DNA of 39,352 nucleotides from Christensenella sp. UBA1750 (lineage in GTDB: Bacteria; Bacillota; Clostridia; Christensenellales; UBA1750). Made by a program: the position numbers and the translations under genes. Where the stretch lies: assembly GCA_002315655.1 (NCBI GenBank), contig DCHO01000041.1, positions 13,099-52,450 of the forward strand, read 5' to 3'. This document shows, one piece after another, positions 1 through 8,597 of the stretch (positions within the stretch are counted from its first letter, which is position 1; each line of letters opens with the position of its first letter). Below the pieces are notes generated by a model. That model saw only the letters and a program-made list of their open reading frames with translations, ran no database searches and was not told where the DNA came from.

Positions 1-153
1 GGGTGCGCACCAACCGATGCCGTGGGTATAGCCGGAAATATCCTTGATCTCCTTGGCCTGAATCCACTTGCCCTCTTCGGGGATGGGTGCGGGGCCGTGG
101 TTGGGGCCCTTCTTCACACAGACCATTTCTTCCACTTCACGGGTGAATTGCAT
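1..153 (-). CDS. NifU/IscU-like Fe-S scaffold-family protein of the clostridial type usually encoded before a GGGtGRT protein (5' part only, truncated by window edge)
   Basis: Not in the ORF track. Hand translation from ATG at 153: MQFTREVEEMVCVKKGPNHGPAPIPEEGKWIQAKEIKDISGYTHGIGWCAP. RBS AGGAGGA at 161-167 (minus). Family recognised from memory of the HGPAPIPEEG...THGxGWCAP N-terminus. Confidence 0.75.
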   Translation of the reverse strand, partial: MQFTREVEEMVCVKKGPNHGPAPIPEEGKWIQAKEIKDISGYTHGIGWCAP

Positions 154-203
154 GTGTGGTTCCTCCTTAAAACATAAATGGAATCGAAATCCAAACTGCT
201 GTT

Positions 204-212
204 ATTATACCA
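204..212 (-). promoter_or_regulatory. Extended -10 promoter element (TGgTATAAT) for the NifU-like gene
   Basis: Reverse complement of attatacca at 204-212; no good -35 at 17-nt spacing. Confidence 0.5.
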
Positions 213-296
213 CATTGTCAATTCTTTCACAGCCACTTTGCAGAAATTTTATGAAAAATACCACGAAATTTGGCGAAGGATTTTTGCCGCGGTTCT

Positions 297-325
297 TTGC
301 AATCGGGGTGCACACATAGTATAAT
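297..325 (+). promoter_or_regulatory. sigmaA promoter of the XRE regulator
   Basis: TTGCAA (297-302), 17 nt, TATAAT (320-325); RBS AAGGAGG at 343-349. Confidence 0.7.
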
Positions 326-359
326 ACAGATAACGATTCGATAAGGAGGGATTTGTCCC

Positions 360-1055
360 ATGTCACGACTCGGTGAAATGATCAAGGAAGAACGCATCAA
401 GGCCGGATGGTCACAAAAGCAGCTGGCAAAAAAGAGCGGCGTGTCCGAAAGCTTTTTGGCGGATGTGGAGCTGGGCACCCGCATCATCGCAGATACACAG
501 GCAACAAGAATCCTGAAAGTCTTAGGCAAGAGCTCCGAGGTCTTTGCGGACTTTGAGAGCAAGGCAGACGGAATGCCCACCCCCACCGTCTCCCGTCCCA
601 CCGTAACAAGGCAGGCACCTGCGCAGGAGAAGCCGGCAAAGCCCGCAGAGCCCACCGACACCTGGCTTTCCGCCCTGGGAGGACTGATGCAGGCTGTGCC
701 CGTCAAAAATTCCCTCGGAAATGTGGTGGATCAGAAGGTTCTGCCCGTCAAGTCCGGGCGCATCGAGGGCGTTGTGGCGGAAAAGGTCTTCTACCTGCTG
801 GCTCCCGACGATTCCATGATGGGCTACCGCATCCGCAGAAACGACAGACTGCTGGTGCTGCCCGCCACCGCGCCGGTGGACAACGCCGTGATGGTCTTTA
901 TGCAGGATTCCGCCTACTACCTGCGCAAGGTTAATATGCAAGACGGCGGCAGACTGCTGATGCAGTGGTACGATTTTGACCCCCACTCCGAGGTGGTCAA
1001 TCAGAAGGAAGTCACCTTGGTCGGCCGCGTAAAGCGCGTGGAATTTGACCTGTAA
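360..1055 (+). CDS. XRE-family HTH regulator with C-terminal S24 (LexA/CI-like) domain
   Basis: N-terminal HTH (IKEERIKAGWSQKQLAKKSGVSESFLADVELG), Pro/Thr-rich linker, S24-like motifs FYLLAPDDSM...IRRNDRLLV and terminal LVGRVKRV. Confidence 0.85.
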   Translation: MSRLGEMIKEERIKAGWSQKQLAKKSGVSESFLADVELGTRIIADTQATRILKVLGKSSEVFADFESKADGMPTPTVSRPTVTRQAPAQEKPAKPAEPTDTWLSALGGLMQAVPVKNSLGNVVDQKVLPVKSGRIEGVVAEKVFYLLAPDDSMMGYRIRRNDRLLVLPATAPVDNAVMVFMQDSAYYLRKVNMQDGGRLLMQWYDFDPHSEVVNQKEVTLVGRVKRVEFDL

Positions 1056-1071
1056 ATTCCCCGGAAATACC

Positions 1072-1112
1072 AAAGCCTTGAAACCTGTTTTTGCAGATTT
1101 CAAGGCTTTTTT
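1072..1112. terminator. Probable bidirectional intrinsic terminator
   Basis: aaagccttgaaa (1072-1083) / tttcaaggcttt (1098-1109) plus T-run, between convergent genes. Confidence 0.8.
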
Positions 1113-1116
1113 ACGC

Positions 1117-2262
1117 TTATTTGATGAGTTTTCCGGGCTTGATAGCGACCTTTTGCAGATAGGAGCCTTCGGAGACCGGTTTTCCTGCAAGAATATCTTC
1201 CTCGCGCAGACGGGCAAGGGTAATCTCGCCGTCCAAAGCACGGTTGTAGTCGTAGGAAATGTAGATGGTACCGTCCTCCGTCTGGTCGGAATCGGGGTAG
1301 GAGATCTCGAAGCGCTCGTCAAGAACGAAGCCTTTGCTCCATGTTGCCCCGTCATCCTTGGAGAGGAAGGCGGTCAGCTCCCGTCTGTCGGGTGCGGCCT
1401 GCTCTAAGATTCTGCCATGCTTAATGAGCAACAGGTTTCCGCTTTTCAGCGTCCGCAGATGGTAGCGGGCGGAAACACTCTGGGGCTTGGCGACCCCCGG
1501 CGCAGACCAGCTCTTGCCGAAATCAGGGGAATAGCTTTCCAGCAGCCCGTGGGTCGCGGTTCTGCCCAGCATCCAAAGCCTGTGGTCGGAAAGCTCGACC
1601 ATCATGTGCTCGTCAAAGAGAGAGTCGATGAAGGAAACGCCGCCGCGCCGCGTCCATGTTGCGCCCTGATCCTTGGAGACATAGACGTTCGCCATGCGTT
1701 CCAAATCCAGCTCATGGAAGCAATCCTCGAAGGGAGGACGGATGAGAAAGCGCTGCCACAGGGACACGGGCAGCACCCATTCGCCGTTGGAGAGGATGGT
1801 GGGTTTATTGAGGGTACAGCCGGGGGCGATATACTGCGGGTCTGTCCAAGTCGGTTTTTCGGCATCGGGATTGTCGCAGCGGATGAACCAGTCGGAGGAT
1901 GCACCGTCAAAGTGCTCCATATTCTGATTGAAGAACAGGAACAGGCGGTTGTCAGGGTCAACAAACAGCGTACCCACAATGGTGCAGCGCTTCATGCCTA
2001 AGGATTCATCGTGGGGGTCGATGGCTAAGATCGGCTCGGAGAAGGTCTTTCCCTTGTCATCGGAATAGGCCAGCAGGAAATAGGCATCGGCATTGTCACC
2101 GCCGCCCACCCAGCAGACATACACCCGCTCCTTTTTCGTCACCGCCACACCGATGGTCATGCCGTAATCCTGATCGGCCATGCGGTATTTGGGCAGAGGC
2201 TCATGGTTGATGATCGGGTAATCCTGCCCGCGCATATATTTTTTTACATCAATTTCAGACAT
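1117..2262 (-). CDS. BNR/Asp-box sialidase-fold protein (GH33-like), no obvious signal peptide
   Basis: Asp boxes SDDKGKTF, SKDQGATW, SPDFGKSW, SKDDGATW; FDEHM..RLWMLGR and ISYPD motifs. Confidence 0.8.
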   Translation of the reverse strand: MSEIDVKKYMRGQDYPIINHEPLPKYRMADQDYGMTIGVAVTKKERVYVCWVGGGDNADAYFLLAYSDDKGKTFSEPILAIDPHDESLGMKRCTIVGTLFVDPDNRLFLFFNQNMEHFDGASSDWFIRCDNPDAEKPTWTDPQYIAPGCTLNKPTILSNGEWVLPVSLWQRFLIRPPFEDCFHELDLERMANVYVSKDQGATWTRRGGVSFIDSLFDEHMMVELSDHRLWMLGRTATHGLLESYSPDFGKSWSAPGVAKPQSVSARYHLRTLKSGNLLLIKHGRILEQAAPDRRELTAFLSKDDGATWSKGFVLDERFEISYPDSDQTEDGTIYISYDYNRALDGEITLARLREEDILAGKPVSEGSYLQKVAIKPGKLIK

Positions 2263-2274
2263 TTTCTTTACCCT

Positions 2275-3300
2275 CTATATTGTGTGATCGACAAACAGGA
2301 TTTCGTGGCGGTTGAGCTCGATGGTGAAATAGATATGCCCGTCCTCATAAAAGCCGTCGGGGTAGCAGAAATACAGCGGCATATCGGACAGCACGCGCTT
2401 GTCGCTCCACGTCTTCATGCCATCGTCGGATATCCAGATTGCAAAGGGGTTACGGTTTTCCATGCCGCAGACGGAATTGGGTGTGTGAAGGAGGGCAATT
2501 TTTCCCTCCGGCAGCGGGATGAGCTTGGGCTTGTTTCCGGGGTTGGGAATATCGGTTTTCACAAGCTCTGTCCATGTGCGCCCAAAGTCCTTGGATTCGC
2601 TTCTCCACAGGCAGCCCGTGCCGTCAATGCGCGCCAGCATCACAAGGGTTCCGTCGGAAGTCTCGGCAATGGTGGGTTCCGTCCATGCCCAATTTCGCCC
2701 GGTGCTTCCCTTGATGGCGACCTTGGGGCCTATGAAGTGCTGCCAGGTTTTGCCGTTGTCAGCGGAGATCACCACATTGTTTTCCAGATGGTCGATATTC
2801 GCGCTGTAAACGCCCAAGGACGCATCCTCCAGGGCAAGCAGACGGTCATTTTCCTCCTGCGAGACGGGGAAATGCTGGCAGGGCATCAAAATTTCGCCGT
2901 TTGTGAGCTTCACCGTGCCGCGCACGAAGCAGAAGCCGGGATAGAACGGCGGGTGCCCCACGTTAATCCATGTTCTGCCGCAGTCGCGGGACTGCATGAC
3001 CACACACTTCATGTTGAGGAAATGCCCGTTGTGCACCTCCAGATAGACATTCACCGCGCCATCCAGTTCGTTGACCTCGGTTAGGTACACCGATTCGCCG
3101 GTCTCAGGGTAGATAGAAAAGGGCTTGTCCCAGGTGTACCCGTTATCGTGGCTCAGAAAACACAGCACGCGGTTGTCCGGCGCGGGCTCGGTGACACCGC
3201 CGCACTGGCAGACGCACAGCAGGTCGCCGTTTGCCATGCGGCGCAGGATGGGTTCGCAGGAAAGGCTGTCGTTGTGAATGAGCTTCATTCGGTTCTGCAT
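2275..3300 (-). CDS. BNR/Asp-box sialidase-fold protein, no obvious signal peptide
   Basis: Five Asp boxes (SHDNGYTW, SRDCGRTW, SADNGKTW, SKDFGRTW, SDDGMKTW); WTEP, LAR, NRNP and YPDG motifs. Confidence 0.8.
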   Translation of the reverse strand: MQNRMKLIHNDSLSCEPILRRMANGDLLCVCQCGGVTEPAPDNRVLCFLSHDNGYTWDKPFSIYPETGESVYLTEVNELDGAVNVYLEVHNGHFLNMKCVVMQSRDCGRTWINVGHPPFYPGFCFVRGTVKLTNGEILMPCQHFPVSQEENDRLLALEDASLGVYSANIDHLENNVVISADNGKTWQHFIGPKVAIKGSTGRNWAWTEPTIAETSDGTLVMLARIDGTGCLWRSESKDFGRTWTELVKTDIPNPGNKPKLIPLPEGKIALLHTPNSVCGMENRNPFAIWISDDGMKTWSDKRVLSDMPLYFCYPDGFYEDGHIYFTIELNRHEILFVDHTI

Positions 3301-3322
3301 GGTGATTTCCTTTCTGGTTCTG

Positions 3323-4522
3323 CTATCTCATGGTGAACTTGCCGTTTGTGAAGTCGGGAATGGCAACGGGCGCACCGCCTAAAAGGATGGACTGCTCGGA
3401 GAGCACGGAGACCGCCATCCACGCGGCGGCATCGTACACGTCGATGGGCACTTCGGTCTCGTTCTGCACGGCGCGGAAGAATGCACCGTAAACCAGCCAG
3501 TCCATGCCGTCGTGACCGCCCTGCACGCCTTCCGCAAGGTACTGCTTCCAGATGGGATGCTCGTACTTCTCAAAATATTCTTGCGCGTTGTCCCAGTGGG
3601 GCTTCCAGTTGAAGTGGTCATTTGCCTCGGGGGTATCATCCATATAAATGGAGTTGTTGTCCTCCATATACATTCCCTTGGTGCCGCGGACGGTGAAGCG
3701 GCGGGAATAAGCGCGGGGCAGGCTGGTGTCCAACTGAATGTGGATGGTCTCGCCGCGGGAGCACTTGATGATGGTATCCACCACATCCCCCTGCGCCCAA
3801 TCCACATTTGCCAGCTTGTCGTTTTCGCCCCGGGTCTTCATAACATATTCGTGCAAACCGTAGGAGCCGGAGGCCACGGAGTTTAAGGACACCATGCGGT
3901 TGCCGTGGTTGATGTCTAAAAGCTGCGCAATGGGACCCAATTCGTGGGAGGGATAGTTATCCAGATTGCGGTGCTGATAGTTGCGCAGACGGTAATGGCG
4001 GCATTCCTCGCCGGTGGTGATCTCCTCCCGCAGGTCGTGGCAGTAGCCGCCCTCGCAGTAGACGATGCACCCGAAGGCTCCCTTGCGTACCATGTTCTGA
4101 ATCATCAGCTCGGTTCTGCCGTAGCAGCAGTTCTCCAGGAACATACAGGGCACGCCGGTCTTTTCGTAGGTTTTGACCAGCTCATGGCACTGATCCAGCG
4201 TGTACGCGCCCGCCACCTCCATGGCGGCATACTTGCCGTGCTCCATGGCCTCGATGGCAAGGGGAATGTGCGCTTCCCACGCCGCCGTAATGACCACGGC
4301 ATCCAGTTCAGGTAGGGCGATGAGCTCATGCGCGTCCGTGGTGGCAAAAGGACGCTTGCCGGTGAGCTTTTCCACAAGGTCAGCCCCCGCCTGTGCGCGG
4401 TCGGGGTACACGTCGCACACCGCCGCCACGACAACGCCCTTCTGCGGCACCATCACCTGCTCCACCGTGCCCATGCCGCGCTTGCCAAGACCGATCACGC
4501 CGACCTTAATGTTTTCCTTCAT
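3323..4522 (-). CDS. Gfo/Idh/MocA-family NAD-dependent enzyme, GH109 (alpha-N-acetylgalactosaminidase)-like
   Basis: Rossmann motif VGVIGLGKRG; MEVAGA, LENCCY, GGYCHDLR, YPSHELGP and GGHDGMD are typical of GH109. Start moved to ATG 4522 (RBS AGGAGG at 4531-4536). Confidence 0.8.
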   Translation of the reverse strand: MKENIKVGVIGLGKRGMGTVEQVMVPQKGVVVAAVCDVYPDRAQAGADLVEKLTGKRPFATTDAHELIALPELDAVVITAAWEAHIPLAIEAMEHGKYAAMEVAGAYTLDQCHELVKTYEKTGVPCMFLENCCYGRTELMIQNMVRKGAFGCIVYCEGGYCHDLREEITTGEECRHYRLRNYQHRNLDNYPSHELGPIAQLLDINHGNRMVSLNSVASGSYGLHEYVMKTRGENDKLANVDWAQGDVVDTIIKCSRGETIHIQLDTSLPRAYSRRFTVRGTKGMYMEDNNSIYMDDTPEANDHFNWKPHWDNAQEYFEKYEHPIWKQYLAEGVQGGHDGMDWLVYGAFFRAVQNETEVPIDVYDAAAWMAVSVLSEQSILLGGAPVAIPDFTNGKFTMR

Positions 4523-4613
4523 ATAAATATCCTCCTTCATCCGTGCAGACATTTTTTCTTATTATACACCCATTCGCGTTTCTCTGCCAGTATTTTTGCA
4601 TATATGCGCTCAA

Positions 4614-4695
4614 TATGCAGGATTTTGCGTATTGTTTACACAATCAGTGCATCTTTATTCATTAAAAGCCTTGACAGTTGCATAATCTCTGCATA
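4614..4695. promoter_or_regulatory. ARG-box-like ArgR/AhrC operator sites
   Basis: AGTGCATCTTTATTCATT (4646-4663) fits the 18-bp ARG box. Weaker copies are TATGCAGGATTTTGCGTA (4614-4631) and TGCATAATCTCTGCA (4679-4693, inside the promoter spacer). All lie upstream of argG. Confidence 0.65.
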
Positions 4696-4699
4696 TAAT
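4671..4699 (+). promoter_or_regulatory. Consensus sigmaA promoter of the arg operon
   Basis: TTGACA (4671-4676), 17 nt, TATAAT (4694-4699). Confidence 0.85.
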
Positions 4700-4775
4700 A
4701 GAGCCATCATCAATCTTCCGCAGAGGTTCATCCTCCAAACGGAACCTGAAAGTTTGAAAGGACGCAAGACAAACC

Positions 4776-5993
4776 ATGAACAAAGCCGATATTAAAAAAG
4801 TAGTGCTCGCCTATTCCGGCGGACTGGACACCTCCATCATCATCCCCTGGCTGAAAGAGAACTATAACAACTGCGAAGTCATCGCCGTCTCCGGCAATGT
4901 CGGTCAGGCAGACGAACTGGAAGGTCTGGAAGAAAAGGCTCTGAAGACCGGCGCTTCCAAGCTCTACGTCTTAGACCTTACCGAGGATTATGTGGACAAC
5001 TACATCATACCCACCATGAAGGCCGGTGCCATTTATGAAGAGTATTTGCTCGGCACCTCCCACGCCCGCCCCTGCATCGCCAAGGGACTGGTCGAGATCG
5101 CCCTGAAGGAAGGCGCGGATGCCATCTGCCACGGCTGCACCGGCAAGGGCAACGACCAGGTTCGTTTCGAGCTGGCCATCAAGCACTTTGCACCCAATAT
5201 GCCCATCATCGCCCCCTGGCGTGAGTGGAGCATCAAGAGCCGTGACGAAGAAATTGATTACGCCGAAGCGCACAACATTCCTTTGAAGATCAACCGCGAG
5301 ACCAACTACTCCAAGGACAAGAACCTGTGGCACTTATCTCACGAAGGTCTGGATCTGGAAGACCCCGGCAACGAGCCGCAATACGAAAAGCCCGGTTTCT
5401 TAGAGATGGGCGTCTCCCCCATTCAGGCTCCCGATGAGCCCACCTACATCACCGTTGAGTTCGACAAGGGCGTGCCTGTTGCGCTCAACGACGAGAAGAT
5501 GAAGGCCAAGGACATTATCTTAAAGCTCAACGAAATCGGCGGCAAGAACGGCATCGGCATCCTGGACATCGTTGAAAACCGTCTGGTCGGCATGAAGTGC
5601 CGCGGCGTTTACGAAACTCCCGGCGGAACCATCCTCTACAAAGCGCATCAGGTTCTGGAACAGATTACGCTGGACAAGATGGTGATGCACGAAAAGCAGC
5701 GTCTCTCCGTGACCTTTGCCGAACTGGTCTACAACGGCCAGTGGTTCACCCCCCTGCGCGAAGCCCTCTCCGCTTTCGTGGATAAGACGCAGGAAAAGGT
5801 CAACGGCAAGGTTCGCTTAAAGCTCTACAAGGGCAACATGATCAACGCGGGTGTGTGGTCTCCCAACTCCCTGTATTCCGAAGACATTGCCACCTTCGGT
5901 GCCTCCGATTACAACCAGGCTGACGCAGCCGGCTTCATCACCCTCTTCGGTCTGCCCGTCAAGGTTCAGGCCATGGTGGAAGGTAAGAAGTAA
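4776..5993 (+). CDS. argG: Argininosuccinate synthase
   Basis: [44 protein letters not shown] motifs. Confidence 0.97.
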   Translation: MNKADIKKVVLAYSGGLDTSIIIPWLKENYNNCEVIAVSGNVGQADELEGLEEKALKTGASKLYVLDLTEDYVDNYIIPTMKAGAIYEEYLLGTSHARPCIAKGLVEIALKEGADAICHGCTGKGNDQVRFELAIKHFAPNMPIIAPWREWSIKSRDEEIDYAEAHNIPLKINRETNYSKDKNLWHLSHEGLDLEDPGNEPQYEKPGFLEMGVSPIQAPDEPTYITVEFDKGVPVALNDEKMKAKDIILKLNEIGGKNGIGILDIVENRLVGMKCRGVYETPGGTILYKAHQVLEQITLDKMVMHEKQRLSVTFAELVYNGQWFTPLREALSAFVDKTQEKVNGKVRLKLYKGNMINAGVWSPNSLYSEDIATFGASDYNQADAAGFITLFGLPVKVQAMVEGKK

Positions 5994-6015
5994 TTTCCAC
6001 AAAATCATACAAAAA

Positions 6016-6050
6016 ATGAGATAAGGCGACCGATAATTGCCTTATCTCAT
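6016..6050. other. Intergenic stem-loop without a + strand U-tract (RNA processing/stability element or weak terminator)
   Basis: ATGAGATAAGGC (6016-6027) / GCCTTATCTCAT (6039-6050); A-run on the 5' side only. Confidence 0.6.
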
Positions 6051-6084
6051 ATAAATTCACATCCTTTGAAGGGAGGAAAATATC

Positions 6085-6873
6085 ATGAAAAAGGTCTTTT
6101 CTCTGATTCTCGTTTCTCTGCTGGTTCTCTCTTTGACTGCCTGCTCGTCTTCCGCATTAACGGTATCATCCGTGCGAAAGAAAGGTTCCATCCACATGGC
6201 CACATCTCCTGATTTTCCGCCCTTTGACTACATCGGCGAAAACAACGAAGTTGCCGGGATCGAGATCGACATTTGGAACATCATCTGCGAAAAGTTAGGC
6301 GTGACACTTCAAATCGACCAGATGTCCTTTGACGCACTGCTGCCCAGCGTGCAAGCCGGAAAAATCGACGTAGCCGTCTGCGGCATCACCGCCAGCGAGG
6401 AACGCAAAAAGAACACCCTGTTCTCCATGCCCTTCTGTCTGGCCGCCCAGTCCATCGTAGTTCCCTCCGGCTCCGAAATCACCTGCAAGGCCGATTTGGA
6501 AGGTAAGAGCGTTTCCGTGCAGTCCGGCACCACCGCCGAGAGCTTCTGCACCGGCGAGGGCTACAACGTAGGCTCCTACGAATCCAACACCGATGCCCAG
6601 CTGGCCATGGCCGCCGGCAAGGTGGACGCCTGGGTCATTGACGACCTGACCGCTATGGACATGGTCGCCACCTACAACGCAGACCATCCTGATGCTCCCC
6701 TTGTCATCCTCTCCGATGTAATGACCACCGAGCCTTACGCCTTCGCCTTCAAGCTGGGCGGCGATGATTTCGTAAACGAGATCGACAAGATCTTAACCGA
6801 ACTCATCGAGGACGGCACAATGGCTGAAATTTTCGCAAACTACGGGCTTACCTACATTGCCCCCGAACTGTAA
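6085..6873 (+). CDS. Polar amino acid ABC substrate-binding lipoprotein, copy 1
   Basis: Lipobox LTAC; ATSPDFPPF, GITASEERKK and VQSGTT family-3 SBP motifs; RBS GGGAGG. Confidence 0.92.
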   Translation: MKKVFSLILVSLLVLSLTACSSSALTVSSVRKKGSIHMATSPDFPPFDYIGENNEVAGIEIDIWNIICEKLGVTLQIDQMSFDALLPSVQAGKIDVAVCGITASEERKKNTLFSMPFCLAAQSIVVPSGSEITCKADLEGKSVSVQSGTTAESFCTGEGYNVGSYESNTDAQLAMAAGKVDAWVIDDLTAMDMVATYNADHPDAPLVILSDVMTTEPYAFAFKLGGDDFVNEIDKILTELIEDGTMAEIFANYGLTYIAPEL

Positions 6874-6909
6874 GCCAAAGGAATTTCACATAACGAAAGG
6901 AACACCCGC

Positions 6910-7695
6910 ATGAAAAAGATTATTACTCTTCTCCTGGCGCTCCTGATGGTTGTTTCCCTGACCGCCTGCTCCTCCAACGAAAAGACCATGGCCTCTCTCA
7001 AGAAGAAAGGTTCCATCACCATCGCTACTTCCCCCAACTTCCCGCCCTTTGAGACACTGAACGGCACCAACGTTATCGGCATCGACATTGACATCTGGAA
7101 CATCATCAGCGAAAAGCTCGGCGTTGAGCTCGTGATCGAGCAGATGTCCTTCGACTCCATCCTGCCCGGCGTTCAGTCCGGCAAGATCGACGTCGGCGTG
7201 TCCGGCATCACCGCCAGCGAAGAGCGCAAGAAGAATGTTCTGTTCACCACTCCCTACTGCATGGCTGCGCAGGCCATCGTTGTGAAAGCCGATTCCGGCA
7301 TCACCTGCAAGGCTGACCTTGGCGACAAGGCCATCTCCGTGCAGACCGGCACCACCTCCGAGACCTTCTGCCTCGCAAACGGCTACAACGTCGGCTCCTA
7401 CGGCTCCAACACCGACGCCGAAATGGCTCTGACCACCGGCAAGACCGAAGCCTGGGTCATCGACGACCTCTCCGCCGCCGAAATGGTTGCCAACTGGAAC
7501 GCCGAAAATCCCGATGCTCCCCTCGTCATTCTGGACGAACCCATGACTTCGGAACCCTATGCCTACGCCTTTGCCTTCGGCAGCGAGGAAATCGTGAATG
7601 AAGTCAGCAAGATCATCGAAGAAATGATCACCGACGGCACCATCGAAGGCATCTTCGCCTCCTACGGTGTGCCCTACTTCGCTCCCGAATTCTAA
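6910..7695 (+). CDS. Polar amino acid ABC substrate-binding lipoprotein, copy 2
   Basis: Lipobox LTAC; ATSPNFPPF, SGITASEERKK, VQTGTT; collinear with copy 1. Confidence 0.92.
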   Translation: MKKIITLLLALLMVVSLTACSSNEKTMASLKKKGSITIATSPNFPPFETLNGTNVIGIDIDIWNIISEKLGVELVIEQMSFDSILPGVQSGKIDVGVSGITASEERKKNVLFTTPYCMAAQAIVVKADSGITCKADLGDKAISVQTGTTSETFCLANGYNVGSYGSNTDAEMALTTGKTEAWVIDDLSAAEMVANWNAENPDAPLVILDEPMTSEPYAYAFAFGSEEIVNEVSKIIEEMITDGTIEGIFASYGVPYFAPEF

Positions 7696-7727
7696 TCTAT
7701 CACGCAAACGAAAGGACTTTCTGACCC

Positions 7728-8522
7728 ATGACAAAAAAGTCGGCGCAACTGCTCATTGCGCTGCTGATTCTCTCCCTGTTAACGCTTACCGGATGCGCTT
7801 CCAGCGAACTTACGCTGGAAGCCATCCAAAAGAAAGGCTCCATCACCATAGCTACCTCTCCCGACTTTCCGCCCTTTGAAAGCCTGGAAAACACGGACGT
7901 TGTAGGTATCGAGTTGGATATTTGGAATATCATCTGCGACAAGCTTGGCGTCGAACTGGATGTTCGGCAAATGGCGTTTGATTCCATTCTCCCCGCCGTA
8001 CAGACCGGCAAGATCGACGCAGGCGTGGCCGGTATCTCCATTGACGAAAAGCGTCAGAAGAACGTGCTCTTCACCGATCCTTATTGCCTTGCGGCACAGG
8101 CCATCGTGGTGACCAGCACTTCCCCCATCACCTGCAAGGCCGATCTTGCGGACAAGAACATTTCCGTGCAGTCCGGCACCACCGCCGAAAGCTGCTGCAT
8201 GGGCGAGGGCTACACCTTTTCTTCCTACGAATCCAACAACGATGCCCAAATGGCATTGACCTCCGGCAAGGTGGACGCTTGGGTCATTGACGACCTGACT
8301 GCCGCCGAAATGGTTTCCGCCTATAACGAAGACAATCCCGGCTCTCCCCTCATCGTGCTTCCCGAAGCCATGACGTCCGAGCCTTACGCCTTCGCCTTTG
8401 CCTACGGAAACGAGGAGCTGGTAGGACACATCAATGCGATCATTGATGAAATGATTGAGGACGGAACCATCGCTTCCATCTTTGAGAAATACGGGCTCAT
8501 CTACTTTTCCCCGGAGAAATAA
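7728..8522 (+). CDS. Polar amino acid ABC substrate-binding lipoprotein, copy 3
   Basis: Lipobox LTGC; ATSPDFPPF, AGISIDEKRQK, VQSGTT. Confidence 0.92.
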   Translation: MTKKSAQLLIALLILSLLTLTGCASSELTLEAIQKKGSITIATSPDFPPFESLENTDVVGIELDIWNIICDKLGVELDVRQMAFDSILPAVQTGKIDAGVAGISIDEKRQKNVLFTDPYCLAAQAIVVTSTSPITCKADLADKNISVQSGTTAESCCMGEGYTFSSYESNNDAQMALTSGKVDAWVIDDLTAAEMVSAYNEDNPGSPLIVLPEAMTSEPYAFAFAYGNEELVGHINAIIDEMIEDGTIASIFEKYGLIYFSPEK

Positions 8523-8540
8523 ACCTGAAAAAGCACATAA

Positions 8541-8567
8541 AGGCGGCCTTGGAAAACGAGGTCGTCT
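8541..8567 (+). other. Stem-loop between the SBP genes and the permease
   Basis: AGGCGGCCUUG-gaaaa-CGAGGUCGUCU, an 11-bp stem that is fully paired only on the + strand (uses G-U pairs). Confidence 0.6.
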
Positions 8568-8597
8568 CATTTGACGTATTATAGGAGGATCATCACT

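Noticed and set aside
6897-6909. 13-mer AAGGAACACCCGC identical to 18687-18699 in the gdhA promoter repeat
   Set aside because: 13-mer matches are expected by chance in 39 kb, and here the sequence doubles as the RBS of SBP copy 2; not enough for a shared nitrogen-regulatory motif.
6085-8522. Recurrent near-identical DNA stretches (e.g. atcacctgcaaggc, tgggtcattgacgacctgac) resembling a repeat array
   Set aside because: Explained by the three paralogous SBP genes; ~820-bp period inside coding sequence, not CRISPR or a variable-repeat cassette.
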